This document shows, in pieces, positions 27,835 to 37,020 of a stretch of 47,238 bases of DNA. The stretch lies in NCBI GenBank assembly GCA_051819765.1, contig JBNJGT010000003.1:1-47238 (forward strand). The letters are read 5' to 3'. Each line of letters opens with the position of its first letter. Positions within the stretch are counted from its first letter, which is position 1. The position numbers were made by a program, and so were the translations under genes. A model generated the notes under the pieces. That model was not told the origin of the DNA, did no database searches, and saw nothing but the letters and a program-made list of their open reading frames with translations. Origin of the DNA: Nanobdellota archaeon (lineage in GTDB: Archaea > Nanobdellota > Nanobdellia > Woesearchaeales > JACJVW01).

Positions 27835-29732
27835 TCCTCCTTGAGTTTTCTCACCCGTTCTCGAAGCTCGATCGCTCGCTCGAAATTGAGCTGCTCTGCG
27901 GCTTCCTTCATCTCAGCCTCAAGCTCGATTATCAGGTTCGGAATATCCTTCTTCGGGATATGCTTTGTGTCCTTGATCTCAACGCTTTTCGCCTTTATCG
28001 GCTTCTGGATAGTTTCAGGCGTGATATTGTATTTCCGGTTATGCTCCATCTGGATTTCCCGACGACGGTTGGTCTCATCGATCGCCTGGCGCATGGAGTG
28101 GGTCATGCTATCAGCATACATGATCACCCGGGACTCGACATTTCGCGCCGCCCGGCCGATGATTTGGATCAGACTACGGTAATCCCGCAGGAAACCTTCC
28201 TTATCAGCATCAAGGATCCCGATCAGACCCACCTCGGGGAGATCAAGCCCCTCACGCAATAGGTTAATCCCGACTAACACATCAAAGGTTCCAAGACGCA
28301 GTTCCCGGATGATTTCACTTCGCTCCAGGGTATCAATCTCCGAATGCAGGTACCGTGTCTTCACCTGCTTTTCCGCCAGGAAATCAGTAAGCTCCTCCGC
28401 TAGCTTCTTCGTCAGCGTAGTGAGCAAGACCCGGTATCCCTTATCGACAGTCTTCTTGATCTCTTCAAGCACGTCAGGGATCTGTCCATCAACCGTACGC
28501 ACCTCCACCGGCGGGTCAACAAGCCCGGTAGGTCGGATGATCTGCTCCACGACCCGGGAGTTCTTCCGCTCATACTCACCCGGTGTCGCCGAGACAAAGA
28601 CAACCCGCTTCATCCACTTCTCAAACTCCGGGAACCGCAATGGTCGGTTATCGAAGGCGCTCGGCAACCGGAAGCCATAATCGACCAGCGCTTTCTTCCG
28701 TGAATAATCACCCTTATACATACCGTGCAGCTGCGGGATCGTCTGGTGGCTCTCATCGATGAACATCAGGAAATCGTCCGGAAAATAATCAAGCAACGTG
28801 TAGGGGGCTTCCCCGGTTTTCCGGAAATCGAAATGCCGGGAATAGTTCTCGATGCCTTTGCAGTACCCGGTCTCCTCGATCATCTCGATGTCATACAGGG
28901 TCCGCTGCCGCAGCCGGTGCGCCTCGATCATGCCCAGTTTGGGCAACTGTTCCTCAAGCTCAGCCCGGATCGACGCGATTGCGCTCTGCTTCTCATCCTC
29001 AGGGATCACGAAGTGCCGGGCCGGGAACACATAGAAATATTTCATGTCCTCCTTGATATCAAGCGTTGCCTTATCAAGTTCCCTGATAGCATCAACCTCA
29101 TTGCCGAAGAGTTCAATCCGGATGATATCATTGAAATACGCGGGGATGAGATCGATGGTATCCCCCCGCACCCGGAAGCGCCCCGGCATGAGCTCTGTGT
29201 CATTGCGCTCGTACTGGATATTCACAAGCTTTGCGATGAGATCCCGCCGTTCGATCTTGTGCCCCACGTTCAGCTCGAACCCAAGATCCTTGTAGTTCTC
29301 CGGATTTCCCAGGCCGTAGATGCAGGAGACAGAACTCACCACGATCGTATCAGGTCGAGAAAGGATGGATGCCGTCGCTGACAACCGCATCTGTTCGATC
29401 TTCGGGTTGATCTGAGCATCCTTCTCTATGTACTGGTCTTTCTGCGGGATATAGGATTCAGGCTGATAGTAATCATAATAGGAAACAAAATACTCCACCC
29501 GGTTGTCAGGAAAGAAATCCTTGAATTCATTATACAACTGGGCCGCAAGCGTCTTGTTATGCGCGATCACCAGCGTGGGCTTGTTGAGCCTTGCGATCAC
29601 ATTCGCCATCGTGAAAGTCTTACCCGAGCCTGTCACACCAAGCAGCGTCTGGAACTGTTTTTTCTCAACAAGCTTTTTGATCGCCTTCGGTTGGGAACCA
29701 CGGGGAGCATAGGTGGATCTTAGTTTGAACAT
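27831..29732 (-). CDS. uvrB: Excinuclease ABC subunit B
   Basis: GVTGSGKT, YYDYYQPE, DESH, GINLLREGLD, C-terminal UVR domain (EAAEQLNFERAIELRE). Confidence 0.98.
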   Translation of the reverse strand: MFKLRSTYAPRGSQPKAIKKLVEKKQFQTLLGVTGSGKTFTMANVIARLNKPTLVIAHNKTLAAQLYNEFKDFFPDNRVEYFVSYYDYYQPESYIPQKDQYIEKDAQINPKIEQMRLSATASILSRPDTIVVSSVSCIYGLGNPENYKDLGFELNVGHKIERRDLIAKLVNIQYERNDTELMPGRFRVRGDTIDLIPAYFNDIIRIELFGNEVDAIRELDKATLDIKEDMKYFYVFPARHFVIPEDEKQSAIASIRAELEEQLPKLGMIEAHRLRQRTLYDIEMIEETGYCKGIENYSRHFDFRKTGEAPYTLLDYFPDDFLMFIDESHQTIPQLHGMYKGDYSRKKALVDYGFRLPSAFDNRPLRFPEFEKWMKRVVFVSATPGEYERKNSRVVEQIIRPTGLVDPPVEVRTVDGQIPDVLEEIKKTVDKGYRVLLTTLTKKLAEELTDFLAEKQVKTRYLHSEIDTLERSEIIRELRLGTFDVLVGINLLREGLDLPEVGLIGILDADKEGFLRDYRSLIQIIGRAARNVESRVIMYADSMTHSMRQAIDETNRRREIQMEHNRKYNITPETIQKPIKAKSVEIKDTKHIPKKDIPNLIIELEAEMKEAAEQLNFERAIELRERVRKLKEE

Positions 29733-29928
29733 TGTATGCACAAATCAGAGGCCAGTTAAATGCTTTTCTGATACCAGGTGTTCTAAGTCATATATCAGAT
29801 AAAATAAATTATGTGCATTAGAAGGGTCCGGACCATCTAAATGATAAATACCCCCTTCCAATTTTTGGCCGTATCTCCAGCCCTGCAAAGATTACCGATT
29901 GAGACTGACATGAAAACAGAAGGCCACC

Positions 29929-30267
29929 CTACCGCATGATACACGCCTGCACGCACTCGATACCATGCTTCTCGCAGAAATCAACCGCTTCTGTGCTCTC
30001 GCTTCCAGGCTGCATCCACACATGCTTGATACCAAGCGCCTTCACATCTTCAAGCACCTTACGGGTCACCTTGGGGGGCACCACGAATATGACCCGGTCC
30101 ACACCCCCTGGGATAGCAGCAAGATCCGTATACACATCAAGCCCCAGAATCACCCCACCCTTCGGATTGACCGGGACAATATCCTCACCAGCTTCCAACA
30201 GGTGCTTTAGCACTTTGAACCCATACTTTGATACATCAGTTGTTGCGCCTACGACTGCCGATATCAT
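29929..30267 (-). CDS. CoA-binding protein (YccU-like)
   Basis: AVVGAT..KYG..PVNP..VD.V..VVPP..VWMQPG..ACI; ATG 30267 is about 30 nt from a TATA box. Confidence 0.92.
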   Translation of the reverse strand: MISAVVGATTDVSKYGFKVLKHLLEAGEDIVPVNPKGGVILGLDVYTDLAAIPGGVDRVIFVVPPKVTRKVLEDVKALGIKHVWMQPGSESTEAVDFCEKHGIECVQACIMR

Positions 30268-30683
30268 ACCACCAGATGAGTTCCACATATATAAAAATCC
30301 AACGGTTCTGCAGTTTTTCGAATTCCGGTAGCACCGACTTAGACCCAATTTATTTAAAAAAGAGGCGACACCATAGGAATTCGGGACTTCACGCTCCAAA
30401 CCTTGCAAACAACCCCTCTTATACAGGGATACTGGCCTGCGTAACTATGACATTTCTTCGAAAAACTCGGTTCTGCGGCAATAATCATAAGATTTGGTAT
30501 CTTCAAAATCCCCTTCTTATGCTCTTTCCCTAAAGCACCTCCGCGATGAACTCTATGAAAAAAAGACCTGACAAGTCCTCAAATAACACACAAAGAAAGT
30601 TCTGGAGCCAACATGAATTGATCCAGATCTTCCATGAGTTGACCAGGAGTTATGAGCTTAATTGAAAGGTTCCCCCAGGGCGT

Positions 30684-31787
30684 CTATCGACTGTTTACGA
30701 GCCCATCTACAATATCCGGCACAGTCGTGATGCGATCGATAGAATCAATCTCTGTCCCTGCTGAGTACAGCCCTTTGTAGATAGCATTGCCATGCGCTGC
30801 ACAATTACCATCCTTGGGCTTGAGATACCGCTCAGGGCATTTACCCACTTTGGGCTCACCCAAGCAAGTAGCGCTCAACAGACCACTTCCGATGCAAAAA
30901 TAATTTCCCCGCTTCTCGTGAGGAGAGGCCTTAAGATACCGAAACGGCATCATTGCCGGTGAACCCCACTCCTCATCACCAGTCATGACATCATCATTAG
31001 AGCCTGCTATGAGTGCCCTTCGATAATCATCAGTCGCACCAGAGTCTTGCGTTGCGATGAACGGCGTGGCCACCTGGACTGCGGTCGCGCCCTTGTCCAT
31101 CGCTCGCGTGATATCCTCATACGTCCTGATGCCTCCTGCCACTATCACTGGTATATCAAGCTTCTTGTCATCCAGATAATCCATAAGGCTTGGTAGCAAT
31201 ACATCCATCAGATCATACGTGCCAAGGAAATCGTCCCCTGCATTTTTGATATCCGCATAGCTCCAGCCAAGATGACCGCCTGCTTTAGGACCTTCAAGCA
31301 CCAGTGCATCCGGCCTGTATCCTTGTCTCTCCCATTTTCGGAGAATCAGGTCTGCAGCTCGTGTCGATGAGACAATAGGTGCAAGAGCGATATCATGCTC
31401 CTTGCCTGCATATTTGGCGACTTGTCGCGGAAGACCGGTTGGAAGACCAGCCCCCGAAACGATCATATTTGCCTTTCCCCGTACTGCGCCTTCAACAGAT
31501 TCCTCAAAATCAGCCACTTTTGACATGATATTCATCGCGCAGTATCCGCACAACTCCTTTGCCTCCCGTACCTGCCGTTCCGCAGCCTCCATCGAAGAAT
31601 GCTTCTCCTGCGTGCGCAGTGAAACCACCTGATCAAGAGCAACACTTGAGCCAGTGCCCAGTATGCCTGCATCCCCACAGGCAACCACAAGATCCAAGCT
31701 TGAGATGTTAACCCCCATACCTCCCTGCAAGATCGGATATCTGGGCCGATCCATACCCTTCATGAAAATCCGCTGCTCAAGTGCCAT
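30684..31787 (-). CDS. Nitronate monooxygenase / FabK-like flavin-dependent oxidoreductase
   Basis: PILQGGMGV, SGAGLP, PIVSS, EGPKAGGHLG, PVIVAGGI, GATAVQVAT. Confidence 0.9.
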   Translation of the reverse strand: MALEQRIFMKGMDRPRYPILQGGMGVNISSLDLVVACGDAGILGTGSSVALDQVVSLRTQEKHSSMEAAERQVREAKELCGYCAMNIMSKVADFEESVEGAVRGKANMIVSGAGLPTGLPRQVAKYAGKEHDIALAPIVSSTRAADLILRKWERQGYRPDALVLEGPKAGGHLGWSYADIKNAGDDFLGTYDLMDVLLPSLMDYLDDKKLDIPVIVAGGIRTYEDITRAMDKGATAVQVATPFIATQDSGATDDYRRALIAGSNDDVMTGDEEWGSPAMMPFRYLKASPHEKRGNYFCIGSGLLSATCLGEPKVGKCPERYLKPKDGNCAAHGNAIYKGLYSAGTEIDSIDRITTVPDIVDGLVNSR

Positions 31788-31964
31788 TTCCTAGGAGAGA
31801 TGCCCAATTTTTTAAAAAACTGCCTCTCGAGCACTAAAACCTCCGATTTTGCACCATCCGATAACTCAGGACCTCGATTACGGTAGATGAAGACCCAAGT
31901 CACCTCGCATAAGCCAACGGGCATTATCGTCAGAGTTATATATGCCAGAAGAATCCCTTCAGGG

Positions 31965-32636
31965 ATGGAAAAACTCTACCTCAGTGCTCATCTGGAACGA
32001 TATGAACGGGATTTCATGAGAAAAGGGCACAAAGGATGGAAGAACACAGGCTATTACCCCCAACAACCCTACAAATTTCTCAATGCCCTTGAAGAGATTG
32101 CCAAACAGTATCAAGAGCCGCAAAGATTTCTTGACCTTGGAAGCGGATTAGGCCTCCCTGTTGTGGCCGCTGCATCACAAGGGATAGATTCCACAGGGAT
32201 AGAGATCAACAGTTTGCTTTTTGAAGGCTCAAAAGGACTCATTACCCTATCATACGAAAATCAGATGATTCCTCCAACGACTCAGTGTATTGTACGCAAC
32301 AAAAGCTATTACCCCTCAGATTACATCCACCGAAGAGAGAATGGACTAGGCATCGCTGGAGCGTATGAGAACAATGAAGAACGGGGAAAGGACGTCTTTT
32401 TTCCAGAAGCAAGCGACATAGAGCCCACATACTTGCAGAGCTTCGATTGCATATTCGCCTATTGTTGGCCAGTGCAGATCCCAAGCATACTTGAGATGTT
32501 CAACCTCTATGCGGCACATGATGCGATACTCATGATGGATTCTCCCGGCAAACCCAACAGATACAATACGCTTCTTAAGGACCTGGAATTACAGTGGAAA
32601 ACAGACACCTTTGATATTCTCATGAAACAACGCTGA
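31965..32636 (+). CDS. Class I SAM-dependent methyltransferase-like protein
   Basis: FLDLGSGLG, GIEIN, FDCIFAYCWP; TTATATAT at 31936 supports ATG 31965. Confidence 0.82.
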   Translation: MEKLYLSAHLERYERDFMRKGHKGWKNTGYYPQQPYKFLNALEEIAKQYQEPQRFLDLGSGLGLPVVAAASQGIDSTGIEINSLLFEGSKGLITLSYENQMIPPTTQCIVRNKSYYPSDYIHRRENGLGIAGAYENNEERGKDVFFPEASDIEPTYLQSFDCIFAYCWPVQIPSILEMFNLYAAHDAILMMDSPGKPNRYNTLLKDLELQWKTDTFDILMKQR

Positions 32637-33301
32637 ACCGACAAAAACACGAGGCACCTATAGGAGTAAAAGTGATCCATATGACCCTCGATAACAAAGG
32701 CAACCCGAGGGTATTAATAAAAGATCCCACATCCTTTACAGACCAGACCATTGTACAAGAACCAAGCCGCAAGCACCATTGCCCTAAGCCCCACTGCAAT
32801 CATCGCCCATAGCAACCGCGATACACAGATATCATTCTACCGAATCAGGTGAGATCAACGGAAAGGGAGGTATCAAGCGCCCCGTTCAACCGGCCAAAAT
32901 AGGGCGCATAGGTATAGACAAGCCCCACTGTAAGGGCTCCCTGGAGCACATTCCATCCTAAAAGACAGATGGACCTCCCATAGGCAAGGCCAGAAAACAG
33001 CTTGATGGTCTTTGACTTCAACTGGCTTGCCCATATCCAATCACGAAAGATTGCCAGATGAGCACCATGCAAAACCACAAAAATAGGCTAACAGCTATAC
33101 ACAATATAAGAACGTACAATCAACACAAGTTCTAAATCTTTATAAAAAAAAGGCATCTCCATGGTATCTAAAACTCGGATTCCCTTGAGAAAGGGATAAG
33201 GGTTTCAGGACTGCTTGACAACGATATTGAGGTCATCGCGACAAATCGGCATCACGGGAGACCGCAATAAACAAAGGGAGGGACTCAGCAGTTGAAACAG
33301 T

Positions 33302-33622
33302 ATGATACAGGCAACCGCGGAAAGTAACCAATTGCAACGAGGCCTCATGCAGGAACTCAATCTAAAAGGGATTGGCCACAATTGGAGCCAAGAGAGAATC
33401 ATAAGTTCCGTTCCCATGCAAATGCAACAGGCACTGGAATCCTCATACCTCAAATTCTACGTGGAAGACAGCACAGGGAAAGGGGCAGAAGCACTCATAC
33501 ACTCCGTGCCTTTTGTCACCTACGCCCTGCATGCAGGATTTGCATCCGGCCATCACAACTCATGTGCGCTCCGCCTGTCAGCCATGCGTGAGTGGTTTGG
33601 AGGGCCACGGACAAAAAAATGA
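33302..33622 (+). pseudogene. Probable remnant of a gene coupled to the TVP38 gene; identity unresolved
   Basis: Its TGA overlaps the TVP38 ATG (ATGA); orphan TTTATAAA at 33139; upstream frame broken by stops. Confidence 0.35.
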
Positions 33623-34245
33623 GAATTGCTCAAGCCATAGCCTTTGTGCTTGCAATCGCAACCATTGCGTATACAGTGAACGCGTTAGGTCTCCTGAAGC
33701 TTGAGAACCTTCGCTATCTGGTGGACGCTACAGAACCCTGGGGAGTTGTGGTCTTCGTATTGATCTACATTGCAATCACCCTCACAAACATTCCAGCCTC
33801 GATCTTCACCATTTCCGCAGGGGTGCTGTTTGACCTCCCAGTGGCCCTTGCCGCCGCTGTCATTGCATCGACAACCTCAGCAATCATCGCATTCTTCATC
33901 GCAAGACATCTGTTCGGTGATGCTGGGAGGTTTGCATGGCTCACGAAAAAAATCGAGGAGCAGGCAGCATCAAACGGATTCACCACCGTTGCCATCCTCA
34001 GGCTTAGCTTCCTCCCCTACATGCCCCTGAGTTATGCCGCAGGTCTCGTGAAAAACCTCAGAGCCAGGGACTTCATCCTGGCAACATTTCTCACTAATAT
34101 CCATGGCAATTTCATATTCATCATCCTTGGCGCATCATTCACAGAAAGCCTTCCCTGGTTCCTGGCAGCAATAGTGCTTGTCCTCTCCTTCACCCAGGGA
34201 CCAAGGCTCATAAGGAAATATGAACAGTCAAAGACATCACAATAA
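33619..34245 (+). CDS. TVP38/TMEM64 (DedA/VTT, SNARE-associated) membrane protein
   Basis: IPASIFTISAGVLF, AFFIARHL, ILRLSFLPYMPLSYAAGL. Confidence 0.92.
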   Translation: MRIAQAIAFVLAIATIAYTVNALGLLKLENLRYLVDATEPWGVVVFVLIYIAITLTNIPASIFTISAGVLFDLPVALAAAVIASTTSAIIAFFIARHLFGDAGRFAWLTKKIEEQAASNGFTTVAILRLSFLPYMPLSYAAGLVKNLRARDFILATFLTNIHGNFIFIILGASFTESLPWFLAAIVLVLSFTQGPRLIRKYEQSKTSQ

Positions 34246-34253
34246 TCGCAAAT

Positions 34254-34658
34254 GGAGGCATCGCAAGGTCGCTCCAATTCACCCATGCGACTAAACCTCA
34301 GTCATCATCAACAACCTCCCCCTTCAAGAAACGTCTCAATTACGACATCATGGGTCACCTACACTGGGATTGCCACATTTGGCCTTCGCGAAAAGGAACT
34401 CAGATCCTACGAAAGACTCACCTACTATCTAGAAGACGACCGCTCAGTGGTGGAGAACAGCTTATCCTTTTCATCAAAAACCAAAAGATCCTGGGCGGAT
34501 CCATGATAGCACCAAACGCATGCGAACTAATGCAAGAGCTGGTCCTTGCAAACAGCACGGGTCTTACTCATAAGCATCTCTTCCAGAAGATCTACGCCTA
34601 CCCTACTGGAGACAAACAAGCAGATCATCACAGATTACATGGCCAGAAAGCTAAATAG
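34254..34658 (+). pseudogene. Frameshifted C-terminal remnant of a pyridine nucleotide-disulfide oxidoreductase (mercuric reductase/lipoamide dehydrogenase-like)
   Basis: Pieces in different frames: GGIARSLQFTHA / SVIINN / SPFKKRLNYD / SWVTYTGIATFGL..EDDRSVV / KILGGSMIAPNACELMQELVLA..KIYAYPT. Confidence 0.75.
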
Positions 34659-34690
34659 AAAGACAAGAAAGCCTAGGCTGATGTACAGGA

Positions 34691-35002
34691 TCATTCCCTG
34701 AAGCGGTCCTTGTCCCGTATCCTGCACTTCTCAAGGGTCTTCTCGTAAGCCTCGTTCAGATCCACACCCAGGGCATTTGACATGCAGATGATCGTGAACA
34801 ACAGGTCCCCCATCTCTCCTTCAATGGACTCATGGACCTCATCCTTCTTTTTTTTCTTCTCACCATAGACATGATTCAAAAGCCGCGCGAGCTCCCCTGT
34901 CTCCTCAGTCAACCGGGCCATCATGGACAAGGGCGCCCAATACCCCGGTGTCTTGGTTGTGATCCATGCATCGATTTCACCTTGCATAGTTTTCATATCC
35001 AT
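34691..35002 (-). CDS. MazG-like nucleotide pyrophosphohydrolase (YpjD-like)
   Basis: GYWAPLSMMARLTEETGELAR..GEKKKK..EMGDLLF; TTTATAAT 30 nt upstream of ATG 35002. Confidence 0.92.
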   Translation of the reverse strand: MDMKTMQGEIDAWITTKTPGYWAPLSMMARLTEETGELARLLNHVYGEKKKKKDEVHESIEGEMGDLLFTIICMSNALGVDLNEAYEKTLEKCRIRDKDRFRE

Positions 35003-35074
35003 ACAACCCCATAACAGCAGGAACATTATAAACATTGCGGCGATTACTTAATATAAAAAAATATCCTGCATAAC

Positions 35075-35350
35075 ATAATCCCTAAGACATTTGAAGTTCA
35101 TGCGAGCCAACAACAAAAGGCTCAAACAACAATAGATGACTTCTTCATTGAAACCAAGGACCATGTGATGAAGTATTATAATATGCACCCCAACACTTCC
35201 AGATACAGTCTGGTGACCTCAACGTACCATTATGAAAAAATAAGCAACGACAGATTCACATACCTCACATACAAATAGGAGATTCTGGCAGCCGTATTCG
35301 AAAAACGAAAACACTCAAACCACATTAGGTGCACTTCCGTCCTGAAGCCT
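35075..35350 (+). pseudogene. Decayed small hypothetical gene (ATA at start position, in-frame TAG); 3' end approximate
   Basis: TATA-like element at about 35048; 67 open codons IIPKTFEVHAS..FTYLTYK, TAG at 35276, then protein-like EILAAVFEKR in the same frame. Confidence 0.5.
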
Positions 35351-35370
35351 GCAACCTCCCATCCAAGGGT

Positions 35371-37020
35371 CTATAAAGGCGTGAACTCATCGAACCGCTC
35401 GATGCCATAGCGCAGTGGTCGCCGCCAGTTTGGATAGCCCATATCCCCGGGTTTGTTCTGCGGTTTTCTCTCACCCCAGAAATCTTCGATGTTGAAGAGC
35501 TTGAACTGTGCTTCACTTTCATGCATGTAGCGCACCAATGATCGGAATGCCTGCTTTGGAGTACGCATCGGATAACCAAGCTGTTTCAGGTCATCCAATA
35601 CCCGCGTATCGTGACGTATCTGCTCAGCAAACAAAAGCAGGTCATGGGTATTCACACAGGTCATCCCCTTTGTCTGTTCCAGACCAAACTGCATGACATG
35701 CATGCCCAGCAATCCATGCCGATCCATTGCCGAATTCACCTCCCGCGGAACAATCCCCAGGTTCTCACCGATGAGACAACACTTGTTGCGATGGCTCTCC
35801 AGACACAGCACTGCATAGAACTCCTCCCAATGATAATGCACATACACACCATAACTCCAGAACTGACGGTGGAAACCCATCACATGGTCAAGCCGCAGGA
35901 AATCTGCAAACTTCATGTGATGTCGCAACGTCTTGACAAAATAGGAGTAATGGTCATCGCGGACCTTCTCAGGGTGCAGCGCATGAAATCCCCAGTCCTG
36001 CCCCTTCCTGAACATGTCATCCGGCGGCGCCCCCACCGTGGCCGTAGCAAAGCAATCAAAATGCCTGGCATCAAAGCCTTGGGAATGCACTCCCAACGGG
36101 CGGTCAAAATACAGGGAAACCCCCCGCGCATCCGCATAATCACGCACCGCCAAAAGCTCCCTATGCGCCAGGTACTGCCCATACCCATACGGCTCTCCAC
36201 GAAAGCGTGCATAGGCCAAGACATCAGGGTTCTCTTGAAGGAACTCCTCATACCTCCCAACCTTCGCACGCCGCAAACCAGCAAGCCTTTTTTTCAAAAG
36301 CTCACCATAATCAACCAATGAGCCTGGCACATAGCGCCCCCTGCTCACATAGAGTTCATTCCACATGAGCTGACTTACCGGCGAGTATGGACTCGGATCA
36401 TCTGCAAACACCGGGAGTAATGGAAGGGTTCCGAACACAGCAATATCATGCCGCCCCACATAATCGATCATATCACGCAACAATGAATACTCGCACCCAC
36501 GCTGTTGATTGTACAGAGCATACAGAGGCGCAAATACCCCCGTGAAAGTTCCTTCAGGGATATAGGCCCACTCAGGAGCAGAGATGATGAGAACATCAGA
36601 ACCCAAGACATGCAGATGATGATAACCGTACGGCACGACAAGCGACACTTCCCGTTGCACATACTCAGTGTTCAATCGAACTCCCTGGGACACCGCAATG
36701 TCAGACAGAGTCACCCTCCCCTTGTAGACCGATCCGTCCTCAAGCACCAGTGCATAGTCAACAGTTGAACGGGAAGCCTGCAGCCTGAAGGGTATTGTCA
36801 GATGCCCGTCCCAGGCAACAAGCACCGGTGGCATCCGGCTCCAGAACGATTCCTCCCAACGCCTGATCTCCTTTTGGATAGAGAATGTATCCTGGACTGC
36901 GACGCCAAACTCCGAAAGCGCCTTCCTGACAGCAGACTCCCTGGCTGTTCGTCTTTTACCCAACCCATCCACATACGCGGGTTGTATCCCATACAATCCA
37001 GCAAGGGTTCCCAGGCTCAT
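35371..37020 (-). CDS. malQ: 4-alpha-glucanotransferase (amylomaltase, GH77)
   Basis: PSPYSPVS, GAPPDDMFRKGQDWG, LRLDHVMG, GENLG, NTHD; ATG 37020 overlaps the treY stop. Confidence 0.9.
   Translation of the reverse strand: MSLGTLAGLYGIQPAYVDGLGKRRTARESAVRKALSEFGVAVQDTFSIQKEIRRWEESFWSRMPPVLVAWDGHLTIPFRLQASRSTVDYALVLEDGSVYKGRVTLSDIAVSQGVRLNTEYVQREVSLVVPYGYHHLHVLGSDVLIISAPEWAYIPEGTFTGVFAPLYALYNQQRGCEYSLLRDMIDYVGRHDIAVFGTLPLLPVFADDPSPYSPVSQLMWNELYVSRGRYVPGSLVDYGELLKKRLAGLRRAKVGRYEEFLQENPDVLAYARFRGEPYGYGQYLAHRELLAVRDYADARGVSLYFDRPLGVHSQGFDARHFDCFATATVGAPPDDMFRKGQDWGFHALHPEKVRDDHYSYFVKTLRHHMKFADFLRLDHVMGFHRQFWSYGVYVHYHWEEFYAVLCLESHRNKCCLIGENLGIVPREVNSAMDRHGLLGMHVMQFGLEQTKGMTCVNTHDLLLFAEQIRHDTRVLDDLKQLGYPMRTPKQAFRSLVRYMHESEAQFKLFNIEDFWGERKPQNKPGDMGYPNWRRPLRYGIERFDEFTPL

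Noticed and set aside
29816-29843. Imperfect dyad around ggtccggacc upstream of uvrB as an SOS-like operator
   Set aside because: No second copy near polB or elsewhere in the window; could arise by chance
35276-35278. TAG recoding or pyrrolysine readthrough
   Set aside because: TAG is a normal stop for intact genes here (radical SAM, ftsZ, treZ, GH57); a nonsense mutation is simpler
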